The notes under the pieces: model-generated | The model's input: the letters and a program-made list of their open reading frames with translations, nothing else | Told to the model about the DNA's origin: nothing | Databases searched by the model: none | Source: an uncultured Methanosarcinales archaeon | Lineage (GTDB): Archaea > Nanobdellota > Nanobdellia > Woesearchaeales > BS150m-G63 | NCBI GenBank assembly: GCA_964630685.1 | Contig: CAZVVW010000006.1 | Span: 16-64,015, forward strand | Length of the DNA: 64,000 nt | Reading direction: 5' to 3' | Shown: piece by piece, positions 58,216 through 64,000 of the stretch | Position numbering within the stretch: the first letter of the stretch is position 1 | Layout of the letters: every line of letters begins with the position of its first letter | Made by a program: the position numbers and the translations under genes

Positions 58216-60756
58216 ATGGTGATTAAATCCGATAAACAAATAAAAAAGGAATTTAAGAAAGAAGTTTCTAAGAATCCTGAGAAATATTATGCTGTAAAGG
58301 TGTTGAAGAAAGCAGGATTTGTTCGTGCTAAATGTAAAAAGTGCGGGATATATTTTTGGAGCATAAAGAAACGAGATATTTGTGGAGATGCTGCATGTTC
58401 TGGCGGATTTAAATTTATAGGAAATAGTCCTGCTAAAAATAAATTAGATTATATTGGTGTTTGGACTGAATTTGCAAAATTGTTTTCTAAATTAGGATAT
58501 ACACCTATAAAGAGATATCCTGTTGTTGCGCGATGGAGGGATGATACTGATTTTGTGCAAGCAAGTATTTATGATTTTCAACCTTATGTGGTTTCTGGTG
58601 AAGTTAAACCACCAGCTAACCCTCTTGTTGTACCACAGTTTAGTTTACGTTTTAATGATATTGATAATGTGGGAATAACAGGTCAACATTATGTTGGATT
58701 TGTGATGATTGGACAACATGCGTTTATGCCTCCAGAAGAATGGGATAAAGATAAATATTTTTCTGATATTAAGTTGTGGCTGAATAAAGGTTTAGGATTA
58801 GAAGATGATGAGATTATTTTTCATGAAGATGCTTGGGCTGGAGGAGGAAATTTTGGTCCTTGTATGGAATTTTTTAGCAGAGGGATGGAATTAGGAAATC
58901 AAGTTTATATGATGTATGAACAAACTCCATCGGGAACTAAGGAGTTAAAACTTAAAGTTTTAGATATGGGGATGGGACATGAAAGAAATGCATGGTTTAC
59001 TCATGGTACCTCAACTAGTTATGAATCTACTTTTCCAACTGTGATGAAAAAATTACATCAACTTACAGGTGTAAGGGTGGATGAAAAATTAATGGCTAAA
59101 TTCTTACCTTATGCTTCTTATTTGAATATTGATGAAGTTGAAGATATTGAAAAAACATGGAAATTTGTTGCTGAAAAAGTGGGTATGGGTGTTAGTGAAT
59201 TGAGAAAACAGATACTCCCTTTAGCTGCACTTTATTCTGTTGCAGAACATTCAAGAGCGCTATTAGTTGCATTATCTGATGGTGCTTTGCCAGGTAATGT
59301 TGGAGGGGGATATAATTTACGAACTGTGTTGCGAAGAGCACTTTCTTTTATTGATAGGTATGGGTGGAATTTAGATCTTGCTGAAATTTGTAAGTGGCAT
59401 GCAGAATATCTTGAACCTTTATTTCCTGAATTGAGTGATAATTTAGATAATGTGAGTAAGATTCTTGGAGTTGAAAAAAGAAAATATATTGCGTCTAAAG
59501 AAAAAGCTAAACAAATAACTGTTGTTATTGTTAAAAAAGATATTGATGAAAGAAAACTTCTTGAACTTTATGATAGTCAAGGGATTCAGCCAGAGATGAT
59601 AAGGGTTGAGGCAGCTAAATTAGGGAAAAAAGTGGTTATTCCTGAAAATTTTTATTCAAAAGTTTCTGAATTACACGAACAAAGAAAGCAAGTTCATGCA
59701 ATTGTAAGGGGGGAGAGGTTAGAGCTAGAAGGATTGCCAGAAACAGAGGCGCTTTATTTTGAAGATTATCGTAAAATTAAATTTGGGGCAAAAGTGCTAA
59801 AGATTATTGATAATAAAGTTATTCTTGATAGGTCTTATTTTTATCCAACTTCTGGAGGGCAGTTGCATGATCTAGGTGTTATCAATGGTAAAAAAGTTGT
59901 TGATGTGTTCAAACAAGGAAATATTATTGTGCATGTCATGGAATCCAAACCTCTTTTAAGAATTGGTGGTGAAATTATTGCTGAAATAAACTTTGAGAAA
60001 AGAAAACAATTAACACAACACCATACTGCTACACATATTGTAAATGCCGCTGCAAAAAAAGTTTTGGGGAATCATGTTTTCCAAGCAGGTGCTAAAAAAA
60101 CTTTAGATAAAGCACATTTAGATATCACTCATTATGAAAGTATTTCTAATGAAGAATTGAGAAAAATAGAAGACGAGGCAAATACAATTGTTGATAGGGC
60201 GCTTCCTGTCAATTCTTCTTTTTTGAATAGAGATATGGCTGAGAAAAAATATGGGTTGAGTATTTATCAAGGCGGAGCTGTTCCTGGAAATAAAATTAGA
60301 ATTATTGATATTAGTGGAGTAGATGTTGAAGCATGTGGTGGAACCCATTTACATGATACGTCTGAAGTTGGAAAGATTAAGATTTTGAAAAGCACTAAAA
60401 TTCAGGATGGTGTTTGTAGGATAATTTTTACTGCAGGGAATGCTGCTGAAATGCAAGGAAAAGGAGAAACAGAGATATTGGATGAGTTATCAAAATTATT
60501 GGGCATGGAGATTGAAGAGATTCCTGCTAGAGCAGAAGAATTATTTGCTAAATGGAAAAAAGCAAAAAAAGCAGTTAAAAAGAAAAAAGAGATAGATGTT
60601 AAGGAGTTAGAATTAGTTGTTAAAGAAAAAAGAAAAGGAGATGTATTGGGTGAGACTGCTAAAATTTTAAAAACTCAACCAGAACATGTTTTGAAAACAG
60701 TGGAAAGATTCATGAAAGAATTAGATGGGTTTATTAAGAAATTGAATAGTGAATAA
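58216..60756 (+). CDS. alaS: Alanine--tRNA ligase (archaeal type)
   Basis: RYPVVARWR, WAGGGN, GGYNLR, HTATH, CGGTH. Confidence 0.96.
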   Translation: MVIKSDKQIKKEFKKEVSKNPEKYYAVKVLKKAGFVRAKCKKCGIYFWSIKKRDICGDAACSGGFKFIGNSPAKNKLDYIGVWTEFAKLFSKLGYTPIKRYPVVARWRDDTDFVQASIYDFQPYVVSGEVKPPANPLVVPQFSLRFNDIDNVGITGQHYVGFVMIGQHAFMPPEEWDKDKYFSDIKLWLNKGLGLEDDEIIFHEDAWAGGGNFGPCMEFFSRGMELGNQVYMMYEQTPSGTKELKLKVLDMGMGHERNAWFTHGTSTSYESTFPTVMKKLHQLTGVRVDEKLMAKFLPYASYLNIDEVEDIEKTWKFVAEKVGMGVSELRKQILPLAALYSVAEHSRALLVALSDGALPGNVGGGYNLRTVLRRALSFIDRYGWNLDLAEICKWHAEYLEPLFPELSDNLDNVSKILGVEKRKYIASKEKAKQITVVIVKKDIDERKLLELYDSQGIQPEMIRVEAAKLGKKVVIPENFYSKVSELHEQRKQVHAIVRGERLELEGLPETEALYFEDYRKIKFGAKVLKIIDNKVILDRSYFYPTSGGQLHDLGVINGKKVVDVFKQGNIIVHVMESKPLLRIGGEIIAEINFEKRKQLTQHHTATHIVNAAAKKVLGNHVFQAGAKKTLDKAHLDITHYESISNEELRKIEDEANTIVDRALPVNSSFLNRDMAEKKYGLSIYQGGAVPGNKIRIIDISGVDVEACGGTHLHDTSEVGKIKILKSTKIQDGVCRIIFTAGNAAEMQGKGETEILDELSKLLGMEIEEIPARAEELFAKWKKAKKAVKKKKEIDVKELELVVKEKRKGDVLGETAKILKTQPEHVLKTVERFMKELDGFIKKLNSE

Positions 60757-60810
60757 TAAAAAAGAAAGGTTTATAAAAAAACAAAGTTATTTTGAGATTG
60801 GGTGATATTA

Positions 60811-61113
60811 ATGATTAATAACGAAGAATCAATTCCAGAAGAAGAACAAGATATACCTGTAGAAGAAGGAGCTGATGAAGAAGTTTATTCTAGTGAAGGA
60901 AGGGATAAACTTGTAGAAGAAGACGAGATAAGTCCTTGGGAAGCTGCATTTATGGAAGGTGCTGATAATGATGGTCAACAAGCTAAATGCAGAAAATGTG
61001 GAAAAATGCTTGATAGAAGTGGCCCAATCATAGAAAAAGTTGTTGATGGGGAATTACACAGATTTTGTTCTGATAAGTGTGTTGAGGAATTCGATAAAAA
61101 AAGAGAATCATGA
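60811..61113 (+). CDS. Acidic protein with TRASH/YHS-like Zn finger
   Basis: DEISPWEAAFMEG then CRKC...FCSDKC; GGTGA SD before 60811. Confidence 0.7.
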   Translation: MINNEESIPEEEQDIPVEEGADEEVYSSEGRDKLVEEDEISPWEAAFMEGADNDGQQAKCRKCGKMLDRSGPIIEKVVDGELHRFCSDKCVEEFDKKRES

Positions 61114-61661
61114 AACATCTGAAAAAAACATTAGCGATTGTTCAGATTTGTATAACTTTCTTTGTATTGATAGGATTCTATTTATTATATCATAAATTTA
61201 GTGGGTGGGATTATTATGAAAAAATCTATTTGTTTATTGTGTTTTATTTTACTCTTGCTTTATTTTTATTGAATGCTGTAGGTTATATGGTTCATGATAG
61301 GAAAAAACATATTAAAGTTATGATTGGTACAATTCAGTTAGTGGTTAGTATTGTTCTAGGTTTAGTGTTGTTACAAGTTTATGGAAATTATGTTGGGGTA
61401 ATCGCAACCCATATTGGATTGACTTTATTTGTGATTCCATTTTTATTTATTTTGAGTGCTGCAGGTTATTTAGTTAAGAAAGAGAAACATACAACTAAAG
61501 AAGTTCTTGGTACTATTCAAATAACTGTTAGTTTATTGATAATGTTTGTGTTGGTTATTTTAGGGGTGTTAGCTAAAGCAAATGCATTTTATTATTTTGC
61601 ATTAAATGTGGTACCTGTTTTGTATATTTTAAGCGCTTTGGGATATATGGTAAAGAAATAA
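61110..61661 (+). CDS. Membrane protein with three internal 2-TM repeats
   Basis: Repeats KH.K..(L/I)(A/G).(V/I)Q...GY(M/L)V. Confidence 0.65.
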   Translation: MKHLKKTLAIVQICITFFVLIGFYLLYHKFSGWDYYEKIYLFIVFYFTLALFLLNAVGYMVHDRKKHIKVMIGTIQLVVSIVLGLVLLQVYGNYVGVIATHIGLTLFVIPFLFILSAAGYLVKKEKHTTKEVLGTIQITVSLLIMFVLVILGVLAKANAFYYFALNVVPVLYILSALGYMVKK

Positions 61662-62216
61662 TTAAGGTGTGAATTCTTCTTTTAGAAGTCCAAATTTTAG
61701 ATGGTCATACCATTTGTTATCTTTGAATATTTCTTTTCTTGCTGTACCTTCTAGTTTAAATCCCACCCTTAATAGAAGTCCATAGGATGCTTTATTTGGG
61801 TGAAGTACTTGTGAATTAATTCTTTCTAGTTTTAGTTCTTTAAATGCATAATTTAAGGTAAGAATCAGTGCTTCTTTAGCTATTCCTTGTCGCCAGTATT
61901 TTTTTCCAAGCCAATAACCTATTTCTGCATTTTTGTTGTTGACATCAATATGTTTGAGATCCATTACTCCAATTGCTTTATTTTTTTCTTTTAATATAAT
62001 TCCTAATTTTGTTGATGTTTTTTTCTTATACTCTTTCTGAATCTTTTTTATAAATTGAATTGCATGTTCTAATTTATATGGCCATGGAATGTTTAAGGTA
62101 TATTTTACAATATCTTTATGGTTTATGTGCTTGTAAATTGATTCTGCATCTGAAAGTTTTAGTTGTCTAAGAATTATTTTTTCTCCTTCTAATTTTATTT
62201 TATTTTTTAAACTCAT
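61662..62216 (-). CDS. RimJ/RimL GNAT acetyltransferase
   Basis: AEIGYWLGKKYWRQG, NKAS, GFKLEG. Confidence 0.92.
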   Translation of the reverse strand: MSLKNKIKLEGEKIILRQLKLSDAESIYKHINHKDIVKYTLNIPWPYKLEHAIQFIKKIQKEYKKKTSTKLGIILKEKNKAIGVMDLKHIDVNNKNAEIGYWLGKKYWRQGIAKEALILTLNYAFKELKLERINSQVLHPNKASYGLLLRVGFKLEGTARKEIFKDNKWYDHLKFGLLKEEFTP

Positions 62217-62222
62217 TTTAAC

Positions 62223-62840
62223 TTATATATTTCCATGCCATTCTTTGATGAATCGTTCAACAAATTCTTTTGTGAAATCAAACCTTTCTTTAGCTATTTC
62301 CTGCGCTAATTTTGTATGAAAACTTTTTGGTTTTAATTTTAAGATCTTTTCGTGAAAATGATTTATAGATGTTTCTGCATTACTAATATAAATTTCTTGG
62401 GGTTTTATATTGGGATTATAATGTGGTCTTCCATGTTCTACACTATGAGTTAATACCCTAGTTATTGCAATAGCACCTATTGCGTCTAGTCTATCAGCAT
62501 CTTGTAATATTTCTGCTTCTTTAGTTTTTGGCGCCAGTTTTTTGCTGTAACGATGTACTGCTATACAATGTACAACAGCTGGAATTTTTTCTTTTGGGAA
62601 ATTTATTTCTTCCAGAATTTCTGGAGCCATCTTTGCGCCTTGTTCTGCATGACATAATCCTGTTTTAGATTGTTTTTTTCTTGCTATATCGTGAAGTAAT
62701 GCAGATGCTTTTATTATATCCATATCTGCTTTTTTCTGTTTTGCTATTCTTACAGCTAGATTGAATACTCTTTCTGTATGGTCAAAACCATGGCCCCCTT
62801 CTTTGAAGTAAGGTATTATCTTTTCTTTTAGATGTTTCAT
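62223..62840 (-). CDS. HD-domain phosphohydrolase
   Basis: HGFDHTERV, LLHDI, QDADRLDAIGA. Confidence 0.92.
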   Translation of the reverse strand: MKHLKEKIIPYFKEGGHGFDHTERVFNLAVRIAKQKKADMDIIKASALLHDIARKKQSKTGLCHAEQGAKMAPEILEEINFPKEKIPAVVHCIAVHRYSKKLAPKTKEAEILQDADRLDAIGAIAITRVLTHSVEHGRPHYNPNIKPQEIYISNAETSINHFHEKILKLKPKSFHTKLAQEIAKERFDFTKEFVERFIKEWHGNI

Positions 62841-62996
62841 ACCAGAATTAATTTATTTTGAGTTTATATGTTTTTTGGCTTTTAGTCGGAATATCTTCGG
62901 TTAAATCCATGTTAATTGTAATCACACTTACGGTCATCTAAAGAATTAAATTAGAAAAAGGATTTCTTCAGGATGAACTCAAGTTTCACAACTATT

Positions 62997-63977
62997 TCAT
63001 AGCCATTCTACTTTGACATCATCTGTTCGTTCATAAGGTAATATATTGCTGTCTTTGATTTTTGTTTCTTGGCCTGATTTGTATTGAAGAATTCCTTGCC
63101 ATGCAATCATTGCGCCATTATCAACATTAAATTCATTTGGAACTGTGAAACATTTTGCCCCTCTTGCTTTACACATCTGTTTTGACATTTCCTGAAGTCT
63201 GGTGTTGCATGCGACCCCCCCTCCAAGAAGAAGTTCTGTTTTATTACAATGAGCGAGTGCTCTTTCTGCAACTTCTAAAAGCATTGCAAAAGCAGTTTCT
63301 TGAAGGGAGTAAGCCAGATCTTCTTTTTTTATTCCTTGTTGGTGTTTTTGTTTTAAGTTTGTTAGTAATCCGCCGAAACTCACATCCATACCTTTTACAG
63401 TATAAGGAAGCTCAATCATTTTTTCCCCTTTTTCTGCTAATTGTGATATTTTTGGTCCACCAGGAAAACCGAGTTCTAAGTATCTTGCAAAACTGTCTAA
63501 GAAATTTCCAATTCCAATGTCTAGAGTTTCACCAAAGATTCTGTATTTTTTTCCTTCGTAAGCGATAACTTGAGTGTTTGCTCCGGAAACATAAAGCAGG
63601 ACTGGGTCTTTTGCTTGAGTGAGCATTGTGCCTATACTTAGGTGTGCAATGCAGTGATTGATTCCTATTAGTGGTTTTTTTAGTTTTAAGGCTAATGAAC
63701 GTGCGAAAAATGCTCCAATTCTTAAGCAGTGACCCATTCCAGGTCCTTGTGAAAATGAAATTAAATCTATGTCTTTTAGTTTTAGGTTTGCTTTCTCTAA
63801 TGCTTGTTCTAGTACTTTATCACAGACTTTAACGTGATGTTCGCCTGCTTTTACTGGAACCATTCCACCTTTTTTAGTGGTATAACTATTTTTAACATTA
63901 GCTAAAACTTTCTTTTTGTCTGTTACAATGCCTATTCCAAAAGTATGGGCAGTTGTTTCAATACCTAAACATATCAT
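62997..63977 (-). CDS. kae1: t6A tRNA threonylcarbamoyltransferase Kae1
   Basis: GIETTAHT, GPGMG, NHCIAH, SGANTQ, GGVACN, DNGAMIA. Confidence 0.95.
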   Translation of the reverse strand: MICLGIETTAHTFGIGIVTDKKKVLANVKNSYTTKKGGMVPVKAGEHHVKVCDKVLEQALEKANLKLKDIDLISFSQGPGMGHCLRIGAFFARSLALKLKKPLIGINHCIAHLSIGTMLTQAKDPVLLYVSGANTQVIAYEGKKYRIFGETLDIGIGNFLDSFARYLELGFPGGPKISQLAEKGEKMIELPYTVKGMDVSFGGLLTNLKQKHQQGIKKEDLAYSLQETAFAMLLEVAERALAHCNKTELLLGGGVACNTRLQEMSKQMCKARGAKCFTVPNEFNVDNGAMIAWQGILQYKSGQETKIKDSNILPYERTDDVKVEWL

Positions 63978-64000
63978 TTTGTATTATTATTATTATTATT

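Overview
AT-rich archaeal chromosome segment. Gene content and style suggest a DPANN archaeon, most likely Woesearchaeota-like (inference): archaeal TrpRS/AlaRS, Kae1, Elp3, Dph2/Dph5, uS15, XPD, ATP-dependent ligase, FtsZ, an intron-containing tRNA-Gln, an IscS/IscU Fe-S operon, and a large type IV pilus locus with many class III signal-peptide pilins. The most notable feature is at 1-2622: an integron-like cassette array beside a tyrosine recombinase that lacks the IntI-specific insertion. It shows an attI-like core, an attC-like hairpin whose R'' box is complementary to the first cassette's start, cassette-specific inverted repeats bracketing each gene, and cassette-internal archaeal promoters. 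Other signals are an 82-bp TIR/TSD insertion upstream of elp3, the same 72-nt duplication-plus-insert in two pilin signal peptides, constant/variable block mosaicism between tandem pilins, a tandem 75-nt two-hairpin repeat with covariation, and structured leaders on rps15 and ftsZ. All calls are by eye; no searches were run.
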